62,882 nt of DNA, filler included, from Chiloscyllium plagiosum (GCF_004010195.1; 4 parts of one record of this genome joined end to end with filler, not necessarily neighbours in it), one strand, 5' to 3'; counted from the whole stretch's first letter, positions 48,423 through 62,499 are shown. The notes: generated from the sequence alone by a model not told the origin. Numbers and translations are program-made.

Positions 48423-50809
48423 GTAAGTTTCTTCATCTCTATCCATTTATTAATCTCTTCAACCATGGCGAACTTCGTTGCTATTTCTGTTATCTATATT
48501 TGACAAAGACGGAAACTATTGTCTTCAGATTCAAATGCAAATTCCATTGGTTCCCCACAAAATTCAGAACTGCCCACACCCCCGCCCTCACAAACATCTA
48601 AGAACGAGACTGTTCACAATATCGAATTTAAATAAATGAAATTCATTTATGTCCCGTTATTCTATCCATCACAAAACCTATCTACTACCAGCTCGATTAT
48701 ATGCCCAGTCACCATCTTGGCTTCAAACTGGTGCTGAATAAACCATTATCTATGATTTGGTAAAATTCAGTCGTTATGGTTCCACCTCTCCTCTAAGCAC
48801 TCTTTCAGTTGCAAATATTCCGATCACAACGTTGTTCTTGTCTCTAAAATAACTTAATGACAAGAACACTCTCTCAAAGCAGTAATGTCAGAAGAAATGT
48901 AATTCTGATGCACAGATTATTACACAGAAAGACACTGTTAGACATCCTACCACAGACGATGTCAGAACGTAAATACAAAAGACAGATATTGGAAATAACC
49001 AACCATAACATTTCCAGAATTTTGTCTATATGTTTATCTATTTCACTGATGTCCTTTGGTAAATAGATCTTGTGTTATTATCTGGTCCTGCTTAAGATTG
49101 ATGTGAGACCCACAGCAATGTGCTTGGTTCTGTACTGCCTGAAAGAATGACCTCGCCGAAAATGTCACTTGGTTAGGTCAACAAATGCTGCCCCTGTCAG
49201 CGATGCAGACAGATGGAGAAAGAGAGAGATAGAGCGAAAGAAGCAAATTAAGGGATTGTTGATGATCAGCTGGGATGGAAATAAAACATGAAATTATACA
49301 TTACTTATGTTTTCCTGTTCCCATATTACTGATAATTATGACCATGTAAGATATATGTCAAAGTTCCTGTTTAAAGTTATTTATGTCTGTTTTTCTCTCT
49401 TCCCTGAGTGGGATCATGTTCCTTTATTCATGAATGGGGATGCTGGGCCAACATTTAATTCCCTTTCCTCATTGTCCTTGAGAAGGTTTTGGGTGAGCTG
49501 CCTTCCTGACCCACTGCAGTCCGTGGGCTGTAAGTAGTCAGTGCTGAGCTCCATGCGGTTTCTTTTCTTTGAGGCTTTGAAGTGACTGATATAACTGAGT
49601 GGCTGGCTTGGCTATTTCAAACTGCAACTTAGAGTTCACCACATTGCTGTGGGTCTGGAGTTACATGTAAGCCCGCCCAGCTGAAGATTGTAGATTTCCT
49701 TTCCTGAAGGGCATGAGGGTGCCAGGTAGGACAATCAACAATGGTGTCATTGTTTCATTTGATTCTTAATTCCTGATATTTTATTGCATTCAATTTCCAA
49801 CATTTGCTGTTGTGGGATTCGGATCCGGTGTCTGGGTCATTACCTGATTCCCTGGATTAATATTCGGAGACAATGCAGCTAGATCATCGCCTCCTCATTA
49901 TCTCCCATCAACTCCAATGGCAACAGTGATGTTGTGGTTGGTGTGACTTTGCTTCATAAGGCAAATAAATGATTGGCAAAAAATGCCATCCTTCGCATTT
50001 TGTATTTATGAGACAGCGAGATGATGGGAAGTCCTCTTGGTGTAAAGGAGCTGGATGTCCTTGATCATGGGGCACTAACAGAATTCATACAGAGCAGTCG
50101 GGTACTGGCAGGTGGGACTAGATTGGGTTGGGATATCTGGTCGTCATGGACGGGTCGGACTAAAGGACCTGTTGCCATGCTGTGTATCTCTATGACTCTA
50201 TGACTCAGCAAGTAATCAGCACAATAAATGAGTAGGAGCGTTCATTACAAATGATTAAAGTATAAGAGTGATGACACCGTCCAGCAGTTGTGGAGTGTAC
50301 TTGAGACAATATTTTCTTACATTTATAATCAATGATCTCCTTGGTACAGAGAGACGGTGTGATGGAGTTTCACCAGACTAATCCCCGCAGTGATGATACC
50401 ATGAGAAGAGTGTGAAAGAAATGAGTGTTTAATCTGTAACGCTACAAATAGAATTAAACGTGATTGCATTAACACTGGAGTGTTATGAATCAAGAGTCAT
50501 TATTTCCAAAACAAAATACGGATAGCATTAGATATAACATGTTTTCCATGATACGTGCCTTCACATTTGGACAAATGTATAGATAGGAAAGGTTTAGAAG
50601 GATATGGACCAAGCGCAGGGAAATGTGGTTTGCATGGATGGACATTTTGATCAGCATGAACCTGTATGAGATAATGGGCCTGTCTCTGTGCTGTGGGATC
50701 CTATGACTCGATGATAGTTTACAGAGATCTATTGAGCCCCCATGTTGGTTGAGAGAGAGAGCTCCATGTTCTGAATGAAGTCTCACCGTCTGGATGTACA
50801 ATTGGTATG

Positions 50810-53800
50810 TGACCCTCTATTGAACCGCATGTTGTTCACAAATCTGTCATTAGATAGTATTAGATATTCCCAACAGCTCTGACCTCCACACAGAACACTA
50901 GCCTGTCTTCTCTGACTTCTTTTTTGCTAAAAGCTGTTCATTGGTTCAAGTAGACTCTGTCCTTGATGTTTTTCAGAGGGTCAATAAAACGGGGTCAGGC
51001 TGCGATCAGTCTGGTTTGGTACAGACAAGAAAGAGATTTTCAGAGGCCTTTTATTTAAATGTAAACAGATGAAACTACATGGCAAAGTTGTCATGCTTTC
51101 GAAGTAACCTGTATAATGAACGGGAAGTGGTCAGTTCCTTTAGCTGAGCTAGCTGAGTTGAGCTGAGCTGAGCAGTTTTCAGTTGAGTCTTGAACTGGGA
51201 ACTGTGTGGAAACTCTCTCTTTTATGCCCTTCAGCTTCAACCTGGAAGCGTTCATTCCATTAAAACGTTTCTTCAAGGAAGTTTGATTATTGGGACTATT
51301 GTGTGTATTTGGAATAGCATAATTAAGTCGAGCTGGATAGGTTGAATTCTTTAGGGGTTCTTTATTCTGTTCATTGTGTTTCATTGTGTAACTTTGTGAC
51401 TAACGTTTCTGTCTGATTTAAAATCATCCTAGGTAAATTACTCCGGGTAATTTTCATTAGATAATGACCAAAACAAACTGCGCAGTTATGCTCAGGGCTG
51501 CTTGCTTAATAATGTTTTGAGTGGTCTAGCCTCGTCCATAACAGACTGGGGGCTCATTGCTAGATTTTCAACAGCACTGGGAGATGCTAGTGTCTTCAAA
51601 TCGGGTATTAGTTTGATTGGGTTGACAAAGCTTCGAATGGTAATGGCTATTTCATTCGCCAAACGTTTCCTGGGTGTGCATGCAGTGACTTTGGAGATTT
51701 TACGAAAAGTTAATAAGACCAAGTTGCAAGAATTAGCTGAGAAGCTGGAATTGGAACTGACTGCTTCTGTGAGGAACGGAGAGATAATTACAGCAGTATC
51801 TCGTCAATTAAACTTACTGGAGAAACCATCAGAATCTACAGAGATGGCAAGAAGTCAGTTGCAAATGAAACATCTTGAGTTAACGTCGAGAGGGAAGGAA
51901 AGGGCTGCCAAAATGAAACATTTGACTTTCCATAAAATGCAGAAGGTGGTGGGGGTCGGGGGAGGGGGGAGGTGGGGGGGGGGAGTGGTTGGTGGAAGAG
52001 AGCAGGAGAACAGAGAGTTAAAAAAGGCAAAAGAGAGAGCAACAGGGGAGAGAGAAAGAGACAGCTTTTGAATAGCAAAATCTGACACTTAATAAGGAAA
52101 GTCAGTGTAAAAGGCTGGAGATAACGGCTGAGGGTGCGCTTCGTTAGGAAGAGAGTGAGGATGGGCAAGCCACTGGTAGTCAGAAGTCAAGTGAGAATTT
52201 GTTTGTGCATGTTCAAGCATTGCCTCAATTTGTTGAGAAGAATGTGATGCCCTTTGCATCTCATTTGAAAAGTTGGCTAAACAAATGCAGTGGCCAGAGG
52301 TATTGTGGGTTTTGTTGATCCAAACCAAATGTGTAGGTGGGACTGGTGAGGTATTCACATCCCTATCAGAGGAGGTATCTGGGGAGTACGAGGAGGTTAA
52401 AAAACATTTTGTCTGCATTGGCAAACTTCCAGGAATCTAATGAGGAATCCTGGTCAAACCTACACTGAGTTTGTAAGGATCAAACAGACTAATTTCGATA
52501 GTTGGATATGAGCTTTAAAATTCGAACAAAGCTATAATGCCCTTAGAGAGGTCAGTACTTGGAGGAATTCAAAAAAATCACTGCCTGAAGTAATGCAAAC
52601 TCAGGTGGAAGAGCAGAGAGTGTAAGCAGCAAGGTTAGTTGCTGAAATGTCTGATGATTATGAACTGGTCCATAAACTTGGTTTGGCTTCCAGAACCAGT
52701 TCTGGTCTCTGAGGGACAGAAATTGGAGCAAAGAGATATCCTCACGTGCAAAGGGAAAGGTAGATCACAGCGTAGATCATAAGGATAATTTACCACAGTA
52801 ATAACGAAAACCTTGAGGGGGCAAAGAAGTTAAAATACTATGGTGTTTTCATTGTATAAAGTGGGCCACACAAAATCACAGTGTTGGTGAGGTGAGAGAA
52901 AACCATATGTACGATAACTAGACAAGCCTGGAAGTTTTGTTAGACTCGTAACAAAAAGCATAAAGGAAGTTAGGCAACTGCCTCAGAGTGTACAAGATGA
53001 TCAGTGGACGTGCCAATACTGCGTAATAAACTTACATGAAAGGGTAAAGTTTATTCACATAGTCCAGCAGTAATTTGTAAAGAGGTTCCAATATTAATTG
53101 ACACAGCATCTTTGCAATCTGTAATGCTGAGGGGTGAGGCGTTATGCACTCTTGAGAGACTATTACCAGAAAATGTGCTGGTAACAGGAATTCATAGTGA
53201 GGCAAAAAGTGCTCAGTTATGTAAAGTGAGGCTGGAGAGTCCAGAGAAGAGTGGAGAATGTGTGGTAGGAGTACTGGACCCCTAACGCTCAGCTCTCGGA
53301 ATAAAATTTGTCCTTGCAAATAATATAGCTGATTCACTGGTAGGCGTGCTGGCTATTCTAGTTGAAAAGCCAGTGGAGATGCAGGCAACTGAAGACCTGG
53401 AAATTGTTTATCCAGGAATTTCCCCTGATTGCGTGATCAGAAGATCACAGACACACAGGTCTAAGCAGGCAAAAGGCACAGATAAGGAAGCTGACGTCGA
53501 GTTATCTGAAAGTTTCTTTTTGATCGGAGAAGTGGAACAGAGGAGGAGCAAGTAGGAAAACATTAACGTATTTTTAGCTCTGCTAAGTTGATTGAATTAC
53601 AGCAGAAAGATGAGGAGTTTAAAAAGTTTAAAAGATATTTAACAAGAAATAGAATGAATGCATTCCTGTGTGTTATTAATTAACAAATTATGTCGTAATG
53701 CGAATATGGAGATCAGCACACACTGAAGCAGATCAGACGTGGACAGAAATTCATCAAACTCTTTTGCCTGTTGGTAATAAAAAGGAGATGCTGCGAGTGG

Positions 53801-54360
53801 CACATGATCTACCATTTGGAGATCATTTCGGGGTGAGGACATTACAGGCTGAAATACAAAGCTATTTTCACTGGACTGGACTACACAACGATGTAGTTGA
53901 AAATTGCCAGAAGTCTCAAATATGTCACACAGACAGTAATAAAACCTACAACTTTAATACGGATTCCAGCATTTGAGGAACATTTTCCAAGAGTGTCGAT
54001 AGACTGTGTAGGTCCCTACCGCAACCAAAAAGTGGGAATAAGTATTTATTAACAATAAAGAATGTGTCGACTAGATTTCCAGAGGCAGAACCATTATGCA
54101 GCATCACAGCTAAAGGAGTTGTAGAAAAAAATACTTATTTTTTAACTAGGTACGGACTACCAATAGCGATCCAGACAGATCAAACCTCACATCTGAACTA
54201 TTCAAGCAGGTGATGGATAACTTAGGAATAAAGCAATTCAAATATACTACGTAGTATTCGGAATCACAGTGAGCATGAGCGAGATGGTATCAAACAGTGA
54301 AGAAAATGTTGAGCGTTTATGGTCAGGAAAATCCAGATGAATGCGATAAGGAAATTCATA
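50810..54360 (+). mobile_element. Gmr1-like Ty3/Gypsy LTR retrotransposon, degenerate and 3'-truncated
   Basis: LTR end ...CATAACA (51543); PBS TGGGGGCTC; gag start KTKLQELAEKLEL; SCAN-like LEEFKKSLPE...DDYELVHK; CFHC..GH....C knuckle; protease ILIDTAS; integrase AHD..GDHFG...HW...C..C and IDCVG..STRFPEA. LTR 5' boundary uncertain. Confidence 0.8.
51547..51555 (+). promoter_or_regulatory. Primer binding site (tRNA-Pro-like)
   Basis: TGGGGGCTC three nt after the LTR end, complementary to the tRNA-Pro 3' end. Confidence 0.65.
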
Positions 54361-54361
54361 G

Positions 54362-54382
54362 ACGCTATAGCTGGTGTTCCTG
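54362..54382 (+). pseudogene. 5'-truncated second copy of the GPR139-like exon 1 end and splice donor
   Basis: CGCTATAGCTGGTGTTCCTG|GTAAGT versus CGCTATTGTTGGTGTTCCTG|GTAAGT; following intron sequence also homologous (48730 versus 54680). Confidence 0.65.
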
Positions 54383-55194
54383 GTAAGTCATTCCATCTGA
54401 CCATTAAGCTGAGTTGAACTGAATTGCTGTTCATATTCAAATTTTAAAATTGGAAGTCATCATTTTCAGATCAGGTCAAAAATTTTATTCCTTCCTGATT
54501 ATAACTAGCAAATTACTGTTCAAAACTTACTCAACAATACGCGAGGAGAAACCAGACTCTTCTTAAACTCCATGATCTTTTTTCTCCATTCATATTTACA
54601 TTTCTGCATAATGTCCCCGCTCACCAATCCTGCCTAAGACCACTATAAGGATATTTCAGTCTCCTTCCTAGCCTCAATGCAGCTGCTGAATAATCCATCG
54701 TTTGTGCCTTTGGTAAATCCAGATATAACCGTTTCAAGTCCCTTCTAATTATGCTTACGTCACAAAATATTTGCACTTGAGATGGGTATTTTGTCCTCTC
54801 CACAGAATCTGTCAGATGGACAGACAGGGCATGGTGGTCAAGTCATTGACTGATAATCAAGCGGCACAGAATAATAATCTGTTGGTGTCTCATGAAGGGA
54901 GTTGATGGATTGCAAATGAAATCATCACCACTTGTTTTAAACAGAAGCCTATCTGTTTGCTTCATGTCCTTTAGAGAATGCAATGGGTTATCCTTCCATG
55001 TTCAGGTCTCTGTGTGACTGCAAACCCACAGCAATGTGGTTTTCTCTTTATTATCCTGTACAACAGCTGAATCAACCACTCAGATAAGAGATCANNNNNN
55101 NNNNNNNNNNNNNNNNNNNNNNNNNNNNNNNNNNNNNNTTAATTAATTAANNNNNNNNNNNNNNNNNNNNNNNNNNNNNNNNNNNNNNNNNNNN

Positions 55195-55625
55195 TCTTCC
55201 TCTTCACAAGACATTCAACCTCCCTCGTCAACCAAGGTTCCCTCACACGACCATCTCTTCCCTGCCTGACAGGTACATACATATCAAGGACACGTTGTAT
55301 CTGTTCCTTGAAAAAGTTCCACATTTCCACGACATCCTCCCCTGACATCCTATGCTCCCAACTTATACTCCTCAGATCCTGTCTTACAGCATCGTATTTA
55401 CCCTTCCCCCAATTGTAAAACCTACCCTGTTGCACGCACTTATCTCTCTCCATAACCAAGGTGACAGTCACAGAATTGTGGTCACTATCACCAAAATGTT
55501 CACACATTAACAAGCCCATCACTTGTCCCGGTTCGTTACCAAGTACCAAATGCAATATGGCCTCCCCTCTGGTCGGGCAATCTACATACTGAGTTAGAAA
55601 CGCTTCCTGGACACACTACACAAAC
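55195..55625 (-). mobile_element. CR1 LINE ORF2 fragment (end of endonuclease)
   Basis: LVLGNEPGQV...EHFGDSDHNSV...EPWLTREV. Confidence 0.9.
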
Positions 55626-55898
55626 ACCACTGCAGGTATCCCAGGCTGCTATGTCATTCAGAGAAGGACATCTGCCCATCCTCACGTGGTCTGCACGACA
55701 TAGCCACAGCAAAGTATTTGCCTCCCAATTATCCTCTTCAAAGGCCAAGCATGTTACTCAGTTCAAGGGCAGCTTGGACTGGGCAAGAAAGGCTGGTCAG
55801 CCAGAGAAATTCATATCCCACACATGATTTAATAAATAATCCATTAGGATGGTCCCACTGGAACCATGCTGGGACCAAGGTCCTGGCCGATCATTTGT

Positions 55899-56220
55899 GG
55901 GCGGTACGGTGGCCCAGTGGTTAGCACTGCTGCCTCACAGCGCCAGAGACCCGGGTTCAATTCCCGCCTCAGGCGACTGACTTTGTGGAGTTTGCACGTT
56001 CTCCCCGTGTCTGCGTGGGTTTCCTCCGGGTGCTCCGGTTTCCTCCCACAGTCCAAAGATGTGCAGGTCAGGTGAATTGGCCATGCTAAATTGCCCGTAG
56101 TATTAGGTGAGGTGTAAATGTAGGGGTATGGGTGGGTTTCGCTTCGGCGGGGCGGTGTGGACTTGTTGGGCCGAAGGGCCTGTTTCCACACTGTAAGTAA
56201 TCTAATCTAATCTAATCTAA
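55899..56220 (+). mobile_element. HE1-type V-SINE, full length and young
   Basis: tRNA-like head (A box TGGCCCAGTGG, B box GGTTCAATTCC), V domain GTGGAGTTTGCACGTTCTCCCCGTGTCTGCGTGGGTTTCC, CR1-like tail and (TAATC)n. Confidence 0.92.
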
Positions 56221-57780
56221 TTCGGTACGTTTATGTACAGGGCTTTAAACTGACAGAGAGGATGCTGGGACAGGATTCAGGTGAAAGGAACTTTCCAAAT
56301 CCAAAGAGAAAAGGTGAAGCAATGGAACAGCATGGGGAAGTGGCTGAAGACAAGCAGAATGGAACAGGAAGGGACAGATTTTAACTAAAATTGTACATCA
56401 GCGAAAAGATTTGTGACAGAAAATTGTGGGACAGAGTAGTTATGTTTTTTTTAATGGACCACGTCACTGTAATAAGGTAGATGGATTTGTGACACAGAGA
56501 TAAAAGAGATTTTGACACCAGGGAGACATGGATACAGGGTGAACAAAAATATTCAATGGCTCACAATCTTGCGGAAACTCAGGAAAAATGGGTAAAAATA
56601 AAAATAATGGATAACAAAGACATTACAGAGAAAGCATTTGGCTGCAGATCATGAAGTAGAGTCAGTCTGAATGTAATTTACTACTTGCCAAGGACACAAG
56701 CAGCAGAACAGTTTTAGACACTGAACAGTATTCCATTGCTCATCATTGCATTACACAGGGACTCAGTGGAATTTTTGAACAAAGGCATTGTGATAATTTT
56801 GGAAAACTTCAATATTCGTATAATCTGGTACAACACACGGTAAACATTGATATTGGAATAGGACTTCGGTTAATTTTTTTTCAGTGTTTCTTTGAAAAAC
56901 ACATTGTGCAACTGGCTCGGGACATAACTATCGCAGAGCGACCGTGTGATGAAACTTTGTGAATGAGTCATGTCACCGGGAGAGATCCTTCGGGAAATTG
57001 TGATAAAGTGCAGTTTAAATAAATATAAAGTTTTAAAGTGATTCACAGAGGACAGGCTACAACTAGAAACAAAAAGAGCCAAACACATGTGTGTGAGAGG
57101 AGAAATGACCAAGGTAAACAGGCTAAACAGACTGAGACATGTGCCTGTAAATGGACAGCAGAAAACATTTGAAGGAACTGTGTAAAACGCTCAACAGAAG
57201 GACATTCCATTGAAACAGTACAAACCTCAGCAAGAAATCCCAACTGGTCCCGCACTCAGGACAAAAGGGATTATGAGGCTGAGAAGATCCCCAAAAGTAC
57301 TTAAAATCCTGAAGTGAGAGAGTGTTTTAGGAGTAAATGTTAAACAGATTGCAAAGGGTATGCTAGCAGGGAGAGGGCAGTGGGAAGGGGAACCATTGTC
57401 AGGGTTTATTGACACAATAGGAACAGGGAGAGGTGAAGTTGCTTGAGGTGGTGAGAGTGTTACAGAGCGTGGTCAGGGTCTGAACGGTGTTACAAAGCCA
57501 GTACGGATTGCTGAAGCTGGAGGGGTTTGCAGAGGTAGGGAGGGACATAGGTATTTTTATTTATTCATTCATGGGATGTGGGTGTCACTGCATGGACTAA
57601 CATTCTTTGAGCCCTCTGCTAATTATTGAGAGGATAGCTCAGATTCAGCCATATTGCTGTGGGTCTGGAGTCAAATGTTGGCCAGACCAGGTTAGAATAT
57701 TTAATGCCCTTCCTTAAAGGAAGTAAGTGGACTAGGTGAGGTCTTCCTACTGATCAACAATGTTTTTGTAGTGGCCCCAC

Positions 57781-59730
57781 CAATGTATTTTACAGATACA
57801 ACATGACATCCCAATTCTTACTCTTAATGCTCTCACCAATGAAGGTAACTATCCCAAACGCCTGTTTCACCAGCCTGTCGACCTGTGACACCACTTTCAA
57901 AGAACTGTGTACCTGCATCCCTGGGTCACTGACTGACAACACTACCCAGTGCCCGAACATTAACTGTTCAGGTCCCACTCTGGATTGTTTCACCAAAATC
58001 TATCACTTCACATTTATCGAATTAAACTCCATCTGCTATTCTTTATCCCTCTATCCCAGCAGTACTGTTCATCCTGTTGTATCATAGATAATTTTCTTCA
58101 CTGTCCACTTTACCACCAATTTCAGTGACGCCCAAAAACCTTACTTACCAAGAAACCAATACTCCCATCCAAACCATTTATCCAAATGACAAACAACAGT
58201 GGACCCACTCCACCGCTGGTCACATATTTCCAGTCAGAAAAACATATCTCCCATCACCCTCTGTCGCCTACCATCAAGCAAATTTTGTATCCAGTTCACT
58301 AGCTCCTCCTGAATGCCATATCCTTTTTACACTGATCTGAGCTTATTGCCCAGTTTACCAGACAGAACATAGAACACAGAACAGTTCAGCCCAAGACCCT
58401 TCGGTCATGATGCTATGCCAACCTTTTATCCGACTGGAAGATCAAACTAGCCTACATACCCTTCATTTTACTACTATCCATGTGTCTGTCCAAGAGTCTA
58501 TTAAATGTCCCGAATGCGTCTAATTTTACTACCACCATTGGCAGTCCAGACAACCACCTACCATTCTCTATACTCTTATCCATCTTCCAATCACCTTAAA
58601 ATTATGCCGCCTTGTAATAGGAGAAAAGATCTCTCACTATTCACTCAATCTGTGCCTCTCAGCACCATGTTCATCTCTACCAAGTCACCTCACTCCCTTC
58701 TTCACTCCAATGAGAAACGCCTTAGCTCCCTCAAACTTTCTCCATAAGAAATGCCCTCCATTCCTGGCAGCATCCTGGTAAATCACCTATGTACGCTCTC
58801 TAAAACTTGCACATCCTTCCTGTAAAGATGGGCTTTCTCCATAAGAAACGCCCTCATTCCAGGCAGCATCCTGGTAAATCTCCTATGTACACTCTCTAAA
58901 ACTTGCAAATCCTTCCTGTAAAGATGGGACGAGAACTGAACATAATATTCCAAGTGCGGTCTCACCAGGTCGCTATAAAAATGCATGAAAACCTCATGGC
59001 TCTTGAAATCAATCCGCTTGCTACGGAAAGCCAACACAACATATGCCTTTTTAACAACCGTACAAACGTGCGTGGCAACCTGAGGGATCTATGGACATGG
59101 ACCCCGTGATCTCTCTGTTCCTTCACACTGTCAAGTATTCTGCCTTTCACACCGTATTCGGTATTCAAATTCGACCTTCCAGAATGAATGACTTCACACC
59201 TTTCCAGATTGAACTCCATCTGCCACTTCCAGCCCAGCTCTGCGTCCTGTCAATGTCCCATTGCAACCTACAACAGCCCTCCACATTACCCACGACTCCA
59301 CCAACCTTGGGTGTGATTGGCAAACTTACTAACCCACTCTCCAACATCCACATCCAAGTCATTGATAAAAAATCACAAAGAGCAGAGTCCCAGAGCTGAT
59401 TGTTACAGAACACCACTGGTCACTGAGCTCCAGGCTCAATACTGTCCATCTGCCGCCATACTCTATCTTCTCTGGGCCATCCGATCCTGCATCCAGACAG
59501 ACAGTTTTCCCTGTATCCCAATCATCCTTCTTTTCTGAATGGGCCATCAACGTATCCTGTCATATCCTCAAGGAATTCAATAAGGCTTGTGAGGCATGAC
59601 CTGCCCCTCACAAACCCATGCTGTCTCTAATTTAACTATGGTTTTCCAAGTAGTCATAAATCCTTTCTTTAGAGTCCTCGCCAATAATCTGCACACCACA
59701 GACATTAGACCAAATCTGTAATTCCCAGAA
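57781..59730 (-). mobile_element. Two CR1 LINE RT fragments (~57781-58330 and 58365-59730)
   Basis: LVRPHLEYYVQF, MEFNLERCEVIH and TPKVGGVVGNVEGCCRLQWDID motifs; AGAACATAGAACACAGAAC tail. Confidence 0.88.
58736..58928. repeat. ~97-bp tandem duplication inside CR1
   Basis: CTTTCTCCATAAGAAA...CCTGTAAAGATGGG occurs twice. Confidence 0.9.
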
Positions 59731-59799
59731 GTCTACCTCCGTAATATGGTCCAGACGCTACAAATCTTCTCTCCTCTGCCATGTTCCCCAGAAGGGCAC

Positions 59800-62310
59800 T
59801 GGAGGTTGGTGGGGATTACAGAGTCAGGGAGGGATATCAGGACAGGAGGATTTTGCAGACATTAGGCGGGTTTCAATGCCAAAATAAGACTTCAGTAATT
59901 GTGAGGTTACATGGTGATGAAGGCATTTGAGGAGGGAGAGGGGGAGGATTGTCGGGAAATGAGAGGTTTCACAGTTTAGGTGCTTTGTTAGGACTGCAAG
60001 AGGTTACTGAGTCGGGGAGGTTTAAGCACTGGTGGTTGTTACATGAACATGGTTTTGGTTGCAATGGCAGGAAGTGGATTCAGGAAGCTGGAGAGTATGG
60101 GGTCTGAACGAGGTGACACAAATGGGAAGAGTTGTCAGGAGTGGAGGTGTTTACAGAGACAGCAATGGTCTGATCTGGAGCAGAGGACCCAGATTGGGAG
60201 GGATGTCGGTACCGGAGGTGATTTCATAGGGAAGGAGGACCATAGGCCCACAGCAGGTTACAGAAATGTGGAGAGCTGTAGGGCTGACGGGTTCATGGAG
60301 TTGGGAATGTTGAGAGGGATAGAGAAGTTTACAGGGATAAGGATGTTTGTAGGACAGGGCTGGATTACACAACCAGGGACTGTTTTAGGGAGCTGAGCAG
60401 ATTACAGAGATAAAGAGGTTTGTATCATCTGGCGGAACAAACAGAGATATGGAGGGTCAATGTGACTGAAGATATTTATAGATATAGGAAGGCTTAGGTT
60501 CTGGGGGTTATTTAGACATGGAGGCTGTGGAATCTGGATTCTTTTTTGAGAGATTGGGTAGCATGTTTGGTTGGAGACAATTTCACAGATAAGGGAGCAT
60601 AGCACAAACAGGAGTAAGTTCCTGCTGCAGGGAGGGTTCGAGTGGAGAGTGATGTTTACACAGATGGGAGTAAGAGCTGGAGAAGGTTATGGAGATGAGT
60701 AAATATTTGGAGATACAGGAGAAGCTTACATTGGCAGGCTGAGTGATAGTGACGGGAGGATGTTACATTGTTAATGAGTCTTGTAGGAACAGGATCGGGA
60801 GAGGCACAGGCATTGGAGTGGGATCTACAGATCAGGAGTGTTACAGGGACCTGAGAGGATAACACAGATAGGGATGGTGGTCGGGTCTCCACAGACTGAT
60901 GGCGTTTTAGGGACTGTTTTAGGTTTGGTAGATAGGGAGGGCTGTAAGAGCTGCATGAGCTTTTGGAGAATTGAAGAGTTGGAGCAGTTCACAGAGGGAG
61001 GGTTCTCCGAAAGGAGTAGGTCACAGATAGTGAGGGTTGTGTGGCCTGAGAAAGTTAGAGAGGGGGAGTTTTTGGGACTGGAAGATATTACACTGACAGG
61101 GACAGTTGAAGAGACTGTAGCAAAAATGCATGGAGAAGGTTACACAGATAGGGAGGTGAGTAGGGACTGAAGGTGAATACACAAACATGGAGGGTTGTAT
61201 TGTTAGACGGAGCTTAGAGGGATAGGGACTGGTGTAGGGATTTACACAGATAGGGAAGGTTGTGTTTTTGGTGAAGGTTACACTGATATAGACAGTGTTA
61301 AAGAGTGTTTAATGGACTACAGAGGAGCTCAGACAGAATGTATTATGGGGAGTGGAGGAGATTACAGACACAGAGATGGCTGTCGGTTTGAAAAGAGGTT
61401 CTACAGATCCTCAGTGTTGTAAGGCTGAAGGGAGGTTACAATAATAAGGGTAACCTACACTGAATGACTTTTTGATATAGAGGAAGTCTTCGAACGGGAT
61501 TGTCAAAAGGAAGTATAGACAGTCCAGATGAGTTTACAGAGATATAAATGTTTTTGGGGGTTTCAGGATGGAACAATGATTGGGAGTGCAGTAACGAATG
61601 GCAATAGTTATAGAGAGAGTTCTAAAAGCAGGAAGAGGTGACAGTCATATCGATCTTTGTAAGGACTGGAGAAGCTTACATCGCCAAGGAATATTTTAGA
61701 AACTGTTGGAGATTACACATATAAGGAGAGTATTGGGGATGAGGCAAGGTTCAAGAGACAGGGATGGTTGACAGGACTGGACAATAACCTGAATAGAATC
61801 TCCACAGTGTGGAAACAGGCCATTCGGCCCAATAAGTCCACATCAAGCCTCTAAAGAGCATCCTAACCAGACCCATCCCTCTCCCTGTCCAATAAACCCT
61901 GCATTCCTCATGGTGAACTCACCTAAACCACACTTGCCTGAATTTTACAGTCAATTTATGATGGCCAATCAGGTATCGTGCAAATGTTGGACTATGGCAG
62001 GAAACCAGAGCACCTGGAAGAAACCCACATAGTCGGGGGGAGAATATGCAAAGTCCACACAGACAGTCGGCCTAGGCTGGAATTGAGACCAGGTTCCAGG
62101 CACAGTGAGGCTGATTATACAGAGCACTGCAGAGATTGGACTCTGTCACAAAGTTCACAAGGTTTTATTGGAACAGGAGGAAAATATAGTCAGGAACAGG
62201 AGAAGTTTACATAGATGGTGTCCATGAGAGGGACTGGAGGAGGATAATGCAATAGGGAGGGTTGTGCATTCTCTCGACAATTAGAGGTAGGGACGGTTGG
62301 GGAGACTGGA
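59800..62310 (+). repeat. Degenerate purine-rich satellite (~35-40 bp unit)
   Basis: Recurrent GGAGAAGGTTACAGAGATAGGGAGGG...GGACTG variants. Confidence 0.75.
61793..62125 (-). mobile_element. HE1-type V-SINE (older copy)
   Basis: Reverse complement of the V domain and tail (CAGTGTGGAAACAGGCCATTCGGCCC). Confidence 0.85.
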
Positions 62311-62499
62311 TGAAGTTAGTCATACTCTGAGTAATGGCAGATGGAGTTTACTTCTGATCACTGTGAGGTAATGCATTGTGGGAAGTCTCATAAGCGAAGA
62401 ATATATAACCTGGAGAACTGACTAACACCGGGACCTTGGTGGGCAAGTCCCTGGATGTCTGAAGGTGTCAGCACAGGTTGACAGGGTGGGGAAGGCACC

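Noticed and set aside
51502..52071. 189-aa ORF as a host gene
   Set aside because: It is the N-terminal gag remnant of the LTR retrotransposon and is followed by stops and frameshifts
55899..55975. tRNA gene
   Set aside because: It is the tRNA-derived head of the HE1-type SINE
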